From: the human T2T-CHM13v2.0 reference genome, Homo sapiens | Assembly: GCF_009914755.1 (NCBI RefSeq) | Contig: NC_060941.1 | Reading direction: 5' to 3' (one strand) | DNA length: 64,000 nucleotides | Part shown: piece by piece, positions 1 through 13,117 of the stretch | How positions within the stretch are numbered: the stretch's first letter is position 1 | Layout: each line of letters starts with the position of its first letter | Translations under genes and position numbers: made by a program | Notes under the pieces: generated by a model | The model's input: the letters and a program-made list of their open reading frames with translations, nothing else | Databases searched by the model: none | What the model was told of the DNA's origin: nothing

Positions 1-461
1 TACTCTTGGCTATGACTTAGGAATTCAAAAAGAGGAAAATACTAGTTCGCGGTTGGTGAGAGTAAGTTTCCCAACCTGCCAATTAATATTTCTGTAATAT
101 GTTACAGATATCCTGGCTTCTTACTCTGTGTCTCTCATTCGATGCAATGACATTATAAAAAATAAGAAGTAAGAGAAATTTAAGCATCATCTAATTTAAC
201 CGCCTCATTTTGCTTTTAGAAAACTAAATTTTAAAGATAGCAAGTGTCTCAGCATGAAACTAAGAAGATCAGTGAGACTCTCAGACTAGAATGATGTCTT
301 AAATATTCTTAAGGAGAGAATATGAGACAGATATTTTAATATGGGTTGTTCCATGGCTCATAATATATATATTAGCTTCATTCTTTTGTATTCTAGTTAT
401 AACCTATAATGGTAATTTAATTTCAGATTATAAATTGGTAATTTATAGGCTAGTGATTCCT

Positions 462-519
462 GAATCATGCAGTTTTCACATGTTAGAATCATGTAGTTTT
501 CACATGTTAGAATCATGTA
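462..519. repeat. 24-bp tandem duplication (2.4 copies)
   Basis: GAATCATG(C/T)AGTTTTCACATGTTA at 462-485 and 486-509, plus partial GAATCATGTA at 510-519. Confidence 0.95.
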
Positions 520-611
520 TTCTTAATTTTAGTCAGCTTTCCTTTTTATTATTCCCAGTATCTACTGTGGTTGACATGCAAAATGATTTTCCCACCAGTT
601 TCTTATAAATA

Positions 612-1336
612 CAGTCATGTGCCCTGTAAGGATGTTTTGCTCAATCATGGACTGCATATACCATGGTGGTCCCATAAGATTGTTATAGAACTGAAAAATT
701 CCTGTCACCTTTTTACGTAGTAGCTGTCATAATGTCTTACCACAATGCATTACTCATGGGTTTGTGATGATGCAGTTGTAAATAAACCTATTGTGCTGAT
801 TTTTGTCATTGTTTTGAAATGTACTCCTATTTATGTAAAAAAAGTGACCTGTAAAATGCCTCAGGCAGGTCCTTCAAAAGCGATTCCAGAAGAAGGCCTA
901 GTTATCACAGGAGACTATAGCTCCATATGTGTTTGCCCCTGAAGATTTACCGGCAGGATAAGGAGTAGAAGTGGAAGATCTCCATATTTATCCATCAATT
1001 AATACACCAATCTCCATATTGATAATACTGACCCTGTGTAAGTCTCGGCTAATGTATGTGTTTTGTATTAGAATTTTTAGAAAAATGTACAAAAAGAAAA
1101 AAATAAAAATAATTTTTAAAATAGAAAAAAGCCTATAGAACAAGAATATAACGAAAAATAATTTTGTACAGCGGTACAATGTGTTTGTGTTTTAAGCTAA
1201 GTGCTATTATAAAAGAAATAAAAAAATTAAAATGAAGTAAAAAGTATAAGTAAGCTAAGGTTAATTTTATTATTGAAGAAATAATTTTTTATTTATCTGG
1301 TGTAGCCTAAGTTTACAGTGTTTATAAATGTACAGT
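612..1336 (+). mobile_element. Tigger3/Golem (MER7-type) non-autonomous Tc1/mariner-pogo DNA transposon; right end not seen
   Basis: TA at 610-611, then CAGTCATGTG...GGACTGCATATACCATGGTGGTCCCATAAGATT...GAAAAATTCCT, CCTCAGGCAGGTCCTTCA and GTGTAGCCTAAGTTTACAGTGTTTATAAA, all matching the recalled Tigger3b consensus. Confidence 0.8.
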
Positions 1337-2527
1337 TGTGGTTCATATTTTGTGTAGTATATCACTCAAATGAAAATTATCATTGTAATTAATAGCCTAT
1401 TGTCTCCAAAGTTTTTTTTCCCAGTCATTTGAAATGTTATTTTGTATCAGAAGTGTAATTTAATTATTTATTTGGATCTGATTAAGGGCTCTCCTTGTTG
1501 CTAATGTGTTCTCTGTATTTTTCTGAAGCAATTAAACAGTATATTAAATTAAAATATATACATATTTTTAATCTTTTTCTATCTGGTAAGCTAAGTATCC
1601 TCCTTACAATTAATTATTAATAAGATTAGTTTCTCTATATTTTGTTTTTTTTGATTATTTTACCATTATGATGGAAAACTAGGTGCTATTTTTGTTTAGT
1701 TGAGTTCTTCCTAGATTCTCATGAGTCCCTTTGTTTTAAAAACGTTTTTGGTCTTCTCAGGTTTTGATGATACTATATTAAAATTTCTCAGTACGCAAAT
1801 GTGTTATTATCTGAAGAATAATTTCCTCCTAAATTAAAAGAATGTTTTCACCTATTCTCTCTTTAAGTAGGTTTTTTCTTATTTTCATTTCATTTTTTAT
1901 GCTTTTTGCTTTGCATTGATTGAAAAATTGTGAAGTTAGGTTTTTGTTACATACCGTTTTTATTCAACTTTTTCAAAATTATTTTACTCTTTAGCCTTTT
2001 TTATGCCACATCATGTCTCATTTTTAATGCTTGTTATCTGTGTCACTTATGTTACCTTCTACTGTATGCTGTGTTCTATTTCTAATTTAATTTGCCATGA
2101 AATAATTTACCCTGATAGCTTGCTTTCTTAGTATTATAATATCACTTATCATCCTATTGTTACCTTAACATTTCATTTTTAATTTGATTCCATATATTTT
2201 GTCTTTTCCTTAATTCACAGAAAAGTCCAAAGTTATTGTTGAAAAAAAATGTCTTTTATTTTTCAGAATAATTTATTTTTCCAAAACCAATTCTTCCTTT
2301 TTTTTACATTTCTTTCTGTTTTGCTTCATAATTTCTGTCTTCATTTCTTTCCATTATTATTTTTGTGTTATTGCCCTGTCCTATCTTTCTAGACATTTTG
2401 TTAATTGGCAGCATCATCTGAACCTGAACCTTACCCTTGACCAAGTATTTTGTGAACATATTATTTTTAGATGAGCTCTATGTTTATGTTTAGATTTTTA
2501 TTCTTCTCTCTTTCTCTCTCTCCCTCT

Positions 2528-2821
2528 CTTTTTTTTTTTTTTTTTTGTGACTGAGTCTTGCTCCAAGGCTAGAGTGCAGTGGCACAATCTCAGCTCACTC
2601 AACCTCTACCTCCTGGGTTCAAGTGATTCTCCTGCCTCAGCCTCCCAAGTAGCTGGGATTACAGGCGTGTGCCACCACACCAGGCTAATTTTTACATTTT
2701 TAGTAGAGACGGAATTTCGCCATGTTGGCCAGGCTGGTTTTGAACTCCTGACATCAGGTGATCCGCCCGTCTCTGCCTCCCAAAGTGCTGAGATTACAGG
2801 CGTGAGCCACAGTGCCCGACC
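2528..2821 (-). mobile_element. AluS (Sx/Sz-like), full length
   Basis: Poly(T) at 2528-2546 followed by a dimeric antisense Alu ending GTGAGCCACAGTGCCCGACC; explains ORFs 2547-2849 and 2606-2902. Confidence 0.95.
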
Positions 2822-3384
2822 TAGATTCTTCTTAATAGCATCAACTTGATGACTGGAGGCTATAGGTTCTATTTTATGCCCTGTATTCTGATTTTCTACC
2901 AACTTTTAGTGGTGGTGTGGGGCAGTGAGGGTTTTATAGCCAGTGAATTTTTTTCATTGCTCACTCATTTTTAAACTTCATACTGCCTTGTTGGATTCAT
3001 ATAAGGTATAGCAGGCAATGGGGATGGAAGAGCTTTGATTTGTGCAGTTTTCCTGTTTTAATATGATTCCAGCATTAATGTTCACAGAGCATCCATTCCT
3101 GTTTCCTTCCAAGCTAGTGCAACAGGGAATAAAATGAGGCCCATGCCATCTCTCGCTGTGTCATTCCTTATTCACCGTAGGTAGATGGCCTTTATTTGGG
3201 ACACTGTGTTTACCACTTAGTGATATATACATCTAGAGTTTAAATTTACTTTTTATTTTAATTTTATTAATTATAAAAATAAGTATTTAAATCTTAATAT
3301 TTAGTAATAATAATAATTGGGAATAATTAGCATTATTATCACCATTCTCCCTGTCAGAAGAACAAGTGAATTTGAATTGTGATT

Positions 3385-3775
3385 ATTTTATTGAGAATAT
3401 TTACATCTATGTTCACCACATATACTGGCCTGTAGTTTTCTTTTTTTGTATGTTTGTCTAGTTTTGGTATCAGTGTAAAGCTAGCCTTGTAGAATGAGTT
3501 GGGAAGTGTTCACTTTTATTATATTTTATGGAACAGTTTGGTTAGAATTGATTTTAGTTCTTAACTGTATGGTAGAAGTCAGCAGTGAAGCCATCAGGTC
3601 CTGGACTTTTCCTTGATGGAAGATTTTTGATTACTGCTTCTCTATGTACTCATTATTGGTTTGTTGAAGTTTTATATTTCTTCATAATTCAATCATAATA
3701 AGTTGTATGTGTACAGGTATTTATTTATTCTATGTTTTCCAATTTGTGGGCATGTAGTTCATAGTAATTTCTTAC
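3385..3775 (-). mobile_element. Inverted 5' segment of an L1 (ORF2, start of the RT region)
   Basis: Antisense ORF2 signature TTGAGAATATTTACATCTATGTTCA...TGGCCTGTAGTTTTC (KENYRP..NID region) and GAAGCCATCAGGTCCTGG. Confidence 0.85.
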
Positions 3776-5575
3776 AGAATTAATATTGTCAAAATGTCTA
3801 TATTAACAAATATGACCTACAGATTCAATGCAATAGCTATCAAAATGCCAGTGGAATTATTCCCAAAAATAAAAAAAACTTAAAATTTTTATGGAAGTGC
3901 AAAAGATTCTAAATAGCCAACGCAATCTTGAGAATAATGAACACAGCTGGAGGCATCACATTACCTAACTTCAAAACATACTATAAAACTATAGTAACCA
4001 AAAAAGCATGATATTGGCATAAAGACAGACACATAGACCAGTGGAACAGAATAGAGAACAGAGAAATAAATTCATGGGTTTATAGGCAGCTTGTTTTCCA
4101 CAAAGGTGCCAAGAACGCACTTTGGAGAAAAGAAAGTCTCTTCAATAAATGGTACTGAGAAAACTGGACGTCCATGTGCAGAAGAATCAAACTAGACCCA
4201 CATCTCTCACTATACATGACAATCAACTGTAAATAAATTAAAGGCTTAAATGTAAGACCTGAAACTATGAGACTACTAGAAGACAATATAGAGGAAATAC
4301 TTCACCAAATTGGACTGAGCAAGGTTTTTTTTTGTGTGTGTGTAAGTCCTCAAAAGCACAGGCAACAAAAGCAAAAATAGACAAATGAATTAAATTTAAA
4401 AAGCCTCTGCACAGCAAAGGAAACAATAAATAGAGTGAAAAGACAACCTGTAGAACTGGAGAAAATATTTGCAAGCTATGCATCTGAAAGTATCTAGAAT
4501 ATATAGGGAACTCAATAGCAAAAAAAAAACAATTTTTAAAATAGGCAAAAGAACTAAAAAGACACATGTCGATGGAAGACATACAAATGGCCATCATATA
4601 TGTGAAAAATGCTTTTAACATCATTAATCATAGGGGAAATGCAAATCAAAACCATGAAATACCACCGTATCCCAGTTAGAATGGCTACTGTTAAAAAGAC
4701 AAAAAATAACAAGTACTGGTGAGGCTACAGAGAAAAGAGAACTGTTATATGCTCCTGGTGGGATTGTAAATTAGTATAGAAATTATGGAAAAGAGCATTA
4801 GGGTTCTTTAAAAAATTAAAATAGACGTGCCATATGATCCAGCAATCCCACTACTGGGATTCATTCAAAGGAAATGAATTCAGTATATCCAGAAGATAAC
4901 TGCAGTCCCATTTTTATTGCAGCACTATTTGCAATAGGCAAGATATGGAATCAACCAAAGTGCCTATCTACAGAAGAATGGATAAAGAAATTGTGATATA
5001 TATGCATATACATCACAATCATATAATATATAGTATATATCTCTACACAGGCATAAGTGTATATAAACACACACACACACACAAATACTATCCAGCTATA
5101 AGACAGAATGAAATATTTACATTTGTGGCAACATGGATGTACCTGGAGGACATTATGTTAAGTAAAATAAGCCATACACAGAAAGACCAACACTGCATGA
5201 TCTCACTTACATACAGAATCCAGAAAAGTTTATCTTATCGAAGTAGAGAGTAGAATAGTGGCTACCAGAGGCTGGGGAGGGTAAGGGGAATGGATATAGG
5301 GGAGAGGTTGGTTAATGGGTAAAAAAGTTATAGTTAGACAGGAAAAATAAGTTCTTGTGTCCTATTACACAGTAAGGTTATTACACCTAGTAGCAATGTA
5401 TTGTATATTTCAAGATAACTAGAAGGACTGAATGTTATCACCAGGAAGAACTGGTAAATTTGTAACATGATGAATATGTTTATAACCATGATTTCATTAG
5501 GTATACACTCTTTGAAATATCACACCGTACCCTATAAATATGTGCAATTATGACGTGCCAACTAAACATTCAAAT
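3776..5575 (+). mobile_element. L1MA (L1MA4-like): 3' ORF2 plus 3' UTR
   Basis: AGAATTAATATTGTCAAAATG (RINIVKM), ACATAGACCAGTGGAACAGAATAGAG, CCATATGATCCAGCAATCCCACTACTGG, and the L1MA 3' UTR GAAGTAGAGAGTAGAATAGTGGCTACCAGAGGCTGGG; many stops and frameshifts. Confidence 0.92.
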
Positions 5576-8500
5576 ATTTAAACTGGTGACTGAGGACAGT
5601 TGTTTGAGTGTAAGTCCATCATTTTCAGTGTAAAACCAACTCAAAATTTAAATCTTATTGATGGCAAGGCAGTTGTAAATTACCTGTGTGTGTAAAAGAT
5701 AGTTTTTAAGGTCTCAATGTTGACAAGATACTATTTAACATGTTGGTAATATTCCCAGGTTTGCTGATGTGTGCCGTCAAGGCAGGTGGTATGAATAAGC
5801 ATGCATGCACACACATACACACCACTACACAGAAACGTGAGCTTTTGGGGCATTTGTCATTACTTTCAAAGAAGTTACTAATGGTCAATTTTGAGAACAT
5901 AATAAGGATCTTCTTAGTGTTCTTTCGCTCTGAAAAATTAACTATAAATACTGGAATGATTAAAAAATGAACGATATGATGTTCAACTATATTCTAGATT
6001 TGCCCTTGAAAGAAACAGCCACTGAGAACTGGGGTCAAAGTCCCAGGAACAACTGGAGTAATTTCATTTCACCTGGAATGCTTCTACTTAAGGAAAGTGT
6101 TGCCATATCTAGATGCCTCTGGTAGAAAAATGATGAATGCAACTTTTCCAGAAGTTCAGAAAAAATGAAAGCGTGTTGACACAACAAAATTTAAAACCAT
6201 ATTTTACTTTGTAGATAGTCACTCACCGTACGTGCCCTTCATCCCAATCTTCTCTTCTTTACTCGTCTGCATTTGGTGACATTTGGAACATTAACCTTCA
6301 GACTGCAGTTTCCTTATTTCACTTTCTCCTTTCTTAGCTAAGATTAATTTTAATCAGATGGTAATTAAAATAGGCACTGCATAACCAACTCACACTTCTG
6401 CAGGTAATTAAAGCTTCTAGATTCATGCATTTTCCCCCTCCCAGCTCTGTTAGAAGCAGTGACAGATAATTTGTATTTTTCCTTGCAGCACAATTCCTGT
6501 TGCAGTAATGGCTCAAGTTCTAATAAATCTCTTGCAAATAACTTGTCTGGGCTGTGGAATATGAGACAGAAATTATCAACTGTTCATTTGTTCTTCTTTT
6601 TCTCAAAAATGTGTAATTCCCAGTTGTATGCTATTGATTCTAAAAACTATAATTTGTCATTGTTTTATTATGAAGTAATAGAGAATTTTGTCCCAGAAGT
6701 CAAGTTACTGGTGAAAACCCTAAAGCAAAGAAGAGCAGCATTTTTATTATTTCCAGTCTTATTTCTTTCTCTTTTATGGCAACTGAGCATGATACAAAAG
6801 ATTTTTCAAAAATATTTCTCTGTATAGAGGGAAAAAACACCTTAGGAAATTTGGCTATATTTGTCTCTCATTGCTCAGCATCACCATGTTGAAAAAATTA
6901 ATCACCTTCTGGCCGACAGTGAAGTATATACCTTTTTTATGGAACCTTTACTTATTTTTACTACTTTTAAGATAGATGCTTGAGTAATCTCAATGTGAAC
7001 ACATTACATGACACGCAAATGTAGGTGAGAGTTGCTGTTCATACACTCAACATAGGCAAAGCTTTTCTTTCAAACAGAATGCCATGCCTCTCACAGCTGC
7101 AGTACATCATTCAGCTTCAGAGCTGGAGCTGCTTGAATGTCACTGGCAGCCCCAACCTTGGAGGGTCAGATCGCTTGCCAATGGTTTCACCAGCAAACAA
7201 AAGCCCACCAAAATCTCATTCTTTGGACAGGGGTTGCCTCTTAGCCATTGCCAGAGTCTCTGGTGAGAAGCTCACTATGCATCTGGTGGTTATGAAATCT
7301 CATTTCATTACACTACTAATTTACAGAGAATGAAATTATAAACAAGGTGATTACTGAGCATAATTTATGGCCCACGTAATTATATAGCTGTCAAAGTAGT
7401 GTTGGCAGCTGAATTGTGTAGAAGGGGGCTGTACTTTCGCCTGGTCTACTGAGTTTGTTAATTGTGCACAGCTGAATTTTTTTTTTTTTTTTTCGTATGG
7501 AAAGATCGGCAACTTTGGTTTTGAGAGCCCAGCTAGACTTGGCACTGCCTGACTCAAAATGTTCCCTATTGGCTTTGTGATGAAAAATTATGCCCCAAGC
7601 CTTTGGTCAATGGTGGAGAAAATTTGTACTTTGCTGATGGTGTTAGGAACCTAATGAAATAGTAGCAAGTAACAAAATACAGAGTCACAAATATTATATC
7701 TCTATTTTTATTTAAATAACTGTCACTGTTTTATACACACTCATATTTAGATGACATGATAAAAGTAACAGTTGTAGTAAGATAGCTTAGTATTGCTACA
7801 GTGAAAAATAAATAGAAATAAATTATATGTTTACCGTTTCTCAGTAAACTAGACCTCTGAGTGTAGCTATGTTACACGTATCCCAGCTTTTACAGCTTGT
7901 GTGGCAGATCACATCTCTGAATAACTACAACCAGGTGAAACACACTCAGTGACCTTAACCTGTTGCCAAAGGAGGCAAGGGAAAAACGAAGCACAGAGTG
8001 GGTCATTAAACCAAAGGTGTTGTTTACACAGCTATAATCTGAGTGATTTCTCCCACAGAATCGCTTATTGTTTGCTGCTTTCATTTTGTACGTATTGCCT
8101 GGGAAATATAGGCACATTTTTATATACCTGAGTAGCTTGTGCTGTAGATAATCAGAAAGTTTTAATGCAAAAACAGAAGTGTGTAAACTCTATTGTTGAT
8201 ACAATGGATCAAATTCCTTGGGTAACTCTGATTTATTTTAGCTTATTCTGCTGTTATATATGCAATTGATAATGAGCAGATAGACCCACTGTCCCTTTGT
8301 GCCTTTTCTGGCTGCTATTTCTAGTACTAGTTTTATCCAGACTTCTGTATAACTGTTCTTTGTGAACAATAACAATGATTATACTGCATTCACTATTTTC
8401 CTTAGAACCAGGAGAAAAAGAGTGGAAGGTTCTGTTCCCAAGATATGCTATGTATAAATGTTAACATCAATGATAAGAAGTTACTGATGTATTTTTACTT

Positions 8501-11500
8501 TTAAGCTAAAATAAAAATGATAGTAAGTAGTATTACAGCTAAGCAAAATTTTACATGACTTCCGCTAAGACACAGATTAATTTTATTTAAAAAATAGTAA
8601 TTGAGTTTCTACTATGTATCAAATATATTTAGCAATTTCCTAATAGGCTATAATAAATATAGTAACTTGATAGCCAAACAGTTAATCATCAGGAAATAGT
8701 ATTGTTGGAAGGGGTTCATGAGAAAATATGTATACAGGAAAATTTATATTTTTCTTGAAATTGATTAAATCATATATTTCTAGTAACCCATATACATTTT
8801 TAGAAAGCAATCTATCAATTTTATCAAGGTCATCTGGTCCCTTGAATTTAACTTAAGGAAGTAAGCAGAGATTTATAATCAGAAAGTGTTTATATGCAAC
8901 ATATGTTATTAGCAGTAAAAGATTAAAACCAACCTAACTGCTATTACATGAAAGACTTAGTAAATTATGACATACAATTAAGATATAAATTGAAAAGAAA
9001 TTAGCTAATTAAAGCATTATGTTGAGGTTATAATATCTCAAATCTAAGGTAACTTACAGAAAAGTGAGAATAAATGGAAAAGCAAAAAATAAAATGTGGA
9101 CTAGTTAGTTTGGTAGAATTATGTGTAGCATTACTTTAAAATACCAATGTTAAAGAATTATTATGTAATGCATATTACTGAATATTTTAAGGTAAAGTAA
9201 AGTTCGCTTTTCCCTTCCATCTCCATTTTAGAGACCCTGTTTGGTTGATCACAGGGCACCAATTTCTAGCAGGGAGCCAGGGCTGTGCTATGTAATGGTC
9301 AAGATATCCTCCAGACTCATTTCCTTGACAAAAGCCAGCTTCCAGCTCAGATACATTCAGGCAAAGATTTAGAAAATGTTTCAGATTTCTAATCAGGTTC
9401 CCAGGATTGTTTGCCGAAGGGGAAATGGTCAAAGCCGGCATCCTCTCTAAATTAATAAAAATCCACACTGGGGCACCCTATCTCCTCTCTTGTCTTTGTG
9501 ATCTATGGTTACTGGAAATTCAACCACAGGTTCATGGGTTCTAATGCAAACTCATTTTCAGGCAGTGTAAGTTTTCATACTAGTGGAAAGCTACAGAAAA
9601 CAGAAAGCAAATGGAAGTTAACTCTCAAGAAAAAATATCAAATCATGAAAGCAAACAATTTACTTTGTTCTTAACTGTGACATGAATCTATTAAGTGGTA
9701 TTTTATTCAATAATAATGTATTATATTTCAATAAAAATTAGTATCAATTTTTTAACTTTCATATGTAATCATGCAAATCTCTGTGTTAAGAGGGCTAGTT
9801 TCTTTACAGGAGAAGACCTTAATTGATTTTACATTATTTAATTTGATTCTAAAATACACACAAATACCTCTGTTGGTTACTTATCTGAATAAAAATCACC
9901 ATGTATTTATTAATTCTGTATTCTTTTTCAAATTTATGAACTTCACTGGACATGAAAAAGTAACATCCTCTCCTACACCAGAAACAAGTTAGTTCTCTCC
10001 TTTACCCTATTTCTTTTTCTCCATAAATATACAGAAGTCTTTCTCAATCCCTGGCAAGATTTCATATGTAATTCTTTTTCAGTAACTTGTATATCATTCT
10101 ATTTTGTCACCATAGCTTTCCAAAACTGAGGATCACATTAGTTTGAAAACAAAGACAACAACACACAAAAATAATGCTCCATTAAACCTCTCATGCTGCA
10201 AACAGAAAAATTCTAGCAAAAATGTAATCAAATTAGTTCACCCTTCCTGCTTAAGTAGAAAAGATTACAGAGCAAAGTAGCTGAAGTCATATCACAAGAC
10301 TTTTCCTGTTACAAATAAAATCTTTCTCTTTATCCTCTATCCTTGGAATTTTTCTCTTCCTCCAGGCAATCACACGAGGAAAGATTCTTAATTCTTTTGA
10401 TGTGCCACGTACAAATGTGTATTCACATGAGACAATTAAAGACTTTTTTTTCACCAGCCTTCTAGACTTAGGTTTAGGGGGAAATAGCTACTCTTTCCTT
10501 CTCTTTGCTCTAAAATATGGTATTTATGCTACTCTTTCCTAGGTATACATTCTAGTTTCCCCCCAGTTTGTATAGGTGAGGGATAGAGTGGTATTTTAAA
10601 ATATGCTCTAATAACTTAGATAGAAAAGGGTGATTTGCCTTTCGGCTCTTGTTTTATTTCTCCTAAATGTTGTTGCTATAAACTCTTGATTGCCTTCTTT
10701 CCAACTTCTTGATCAGACTGGGATTGGTGAAATACGTTTTAACAAGGGATGTTGATCTGAATATGCAGAGCATTTATTGAACGATTGTTGCCACCTTACT
10801 CTTGTAAAAATTTTTAATGTCCCAGCTGCTAAGAAAGGAATATTTAAATCTATACACAAATTCTGTAGTAATCTAACTGGATGCATTCAATCCCATAATC
10901 AGGAAAACTGTGATTTCTCATTTAGGCAAAGCAGTTTTCTTCCTTGCTCAAAGGAAGAAAACTGCCCACTATGAACCCTGCTCAACAACATGTTGGCTGT
11001 ATACATGCCTTTCTGATCCATGTCAATATTTTAAATCTTCCATCACTTCAGGCTAATTGGCAGTAATTCCTGCATGTGTCAGATGTCACCCTATTTCAAA
11101 GAAATGCATGACTATCCTAATTTTTACTTTCTTCCTTTATTCTCCTTTTTAAAAAATATTTTCTTCCCCTGGTGTTTATCTCATTAACACAATGTTGAAT
11201 TATTTCCATCTGGCAAGCTGGAAAAATTGCCTAGAATTATAGAGACCATGCCAAAAACTAACAGGATAAGTTATTTATTTGTTCTGGCCCTCTGCCTCCT
11301 TTATCCTAGTGGAGGTTGTAGAGATAGTTATTCATTGCTTATTTGGAATCCTATTACTTAAAGGGAAAGCAAATGCTGGTATTTGCTCATGAAAAATAAC
11401 ACAGATAAGGAACCTAGTAAACTAGGAATAGTAATAACCAGGCATAACCCCTGAAACTGGCTTTGAGGTGTGGGGATTTCCATTGAAAGAAAACACAAGA

Positions 11501-12196
11501 GTGGAACTTTTATAACTGGGCATCATTACTAATAGGTCAAACTATGGAAATATTCCTCCCAAAAGGGAGAGCTATAATAAACTGGTGATAAGCTGTAAGC
11601 ACAACACCAATAACCAGGAACAATACAAAATATGTCAGGTTTAGAGTAGAAGAAAATAGATAATGGTGTGGATGAAGAAAAGAGTGAAAAAAAATAATGA
11701 AGTGATAAGCAGGAACAATATGACTAAGACGTTTTCTCCAATCTTGATGTCCTTTAGGGAAATCCTAATGTGACAGGGCAGACTGAGAATGTCAGGATTT
11801 CTAAAGAGCATTTAAAGTGATGATAAATAGTCCCTTTAATACTTGCAATAATCACTACTACGGAGGCAAATTAAATGCATGCACATACAGTAATGAAATA
11901 TACTTGTCTCTAAAGTACAAATACCATGTAGCATATACTGTAATGTATATGAAAGGATTAAACAATTAGCCTCTCTGCACTGCTGGCTGCCAGAAAGATA
12001 TTTCGATGGTACTAAATAAGAAGTGTTAATGGCATCACTGTCGTTGTTCTATAAGGAAAGTTGGTGAAAAAAAAAAACTTGCAATGGGCAAGAAATATTA
12101 TATTACTAAATGCCTTTTATAGCATACCTTCCTGAGTTACCCGAACCTATCTGTCTTTGAACTCTTTGCTCTTAATTGTAGAAAACTGATAGTACT

Positions 12197-12529
<333 letters not shown>

Positions 12530-12613
12530 TTAGAGTACAATTATTTCTATATAAATACCAGTTTTGTCTCTATTTGACATTCGTTTCAGTGTTCATGATG
12601 GCATATGTGTTTT

Positions 12614-12636
12614 TGTGTGTGTGTGTGTGTGTGTGT
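12614..12636. repeat. (TG)n microsatellite
   Basis: About 11 TG units. Confidence 0.9.
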
Positions 12637-13026
12637 TTGAATTTTCCTTGGAATCAATAGTAATAGTTCAATGGTAATCTTATCAATGAGTTAAATAAAA
12701 TCTTTGGCACCTATTCATTTTAAATTTGTGTAAGGATTTTAAATTTATACCTTGAGCAGTTTCATGAGAGAATCTGCTGTCAGATAAACTTTTTCTTCCA
12801 CCGAGAAAGTGTGACATGGTTATAGAACTAAGTTTAGAGAGCAGTGCAGCTACTTAGGGAAAGTAAACAGGATCTGTTCCTGAAATAAGTAAACTGCCCA
12901 TCAAAACTTCATAATATATCCAATTGATAAAGTCTTTGCTTAAGGCTTACTTTGAGCAATTGATTAAGCAGACATTGAACTAAGGGCTCTGATATAAGGA
13001 AGCGATCGGCCCAGCCTGGGTGGATG

Positions 13027-13112
13027 TTTTTTAGAGGCAGAATCTTGCTATGTTGCCCAGGCTGGTCTCAAACTCCTGGCCTCAAGTGATCCTCCCACCT
13101 CAGCCTCCCAAG
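13027..13112 (-). mobile_element. Alu monomer fragment (FLAM/AluJ left arm)
   Basis: TCTTGCTATGTTGCCCAGGCTGGTCTCAAACTCCTGGCCTCAAGTGATCCTCCCACCTCAGCCTCCCAAG. Confidence 0.85.
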
Positions 13113-13117
13113 TCCAA

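Noticed and set aside
462-519. Short direct repeats as a CRISPR-like array
   Set aside because: Head-to-tail copies with no spacers, in a eukaryotic genome.
1400-2500. T-rich segment as an ancient antisense L1
   Set aside because: Plausible, but too degenerate to support boundaries or a family by eye.
2547-2902. Alu-derived ORFs here and at 12257, 25195, 34363, 35283, 57587, 62353 and 63218
   Set aside because: Typical Alu translation artefacts ([11 protein letters not shown]..., [12 protein letters not shown]...).
6459-7333. 122-aa and 102-aa ORFs in unique DNA
   Set aside because: GTG starts, composition typical of AT-rich non-coding DNA, and no domain similarity.
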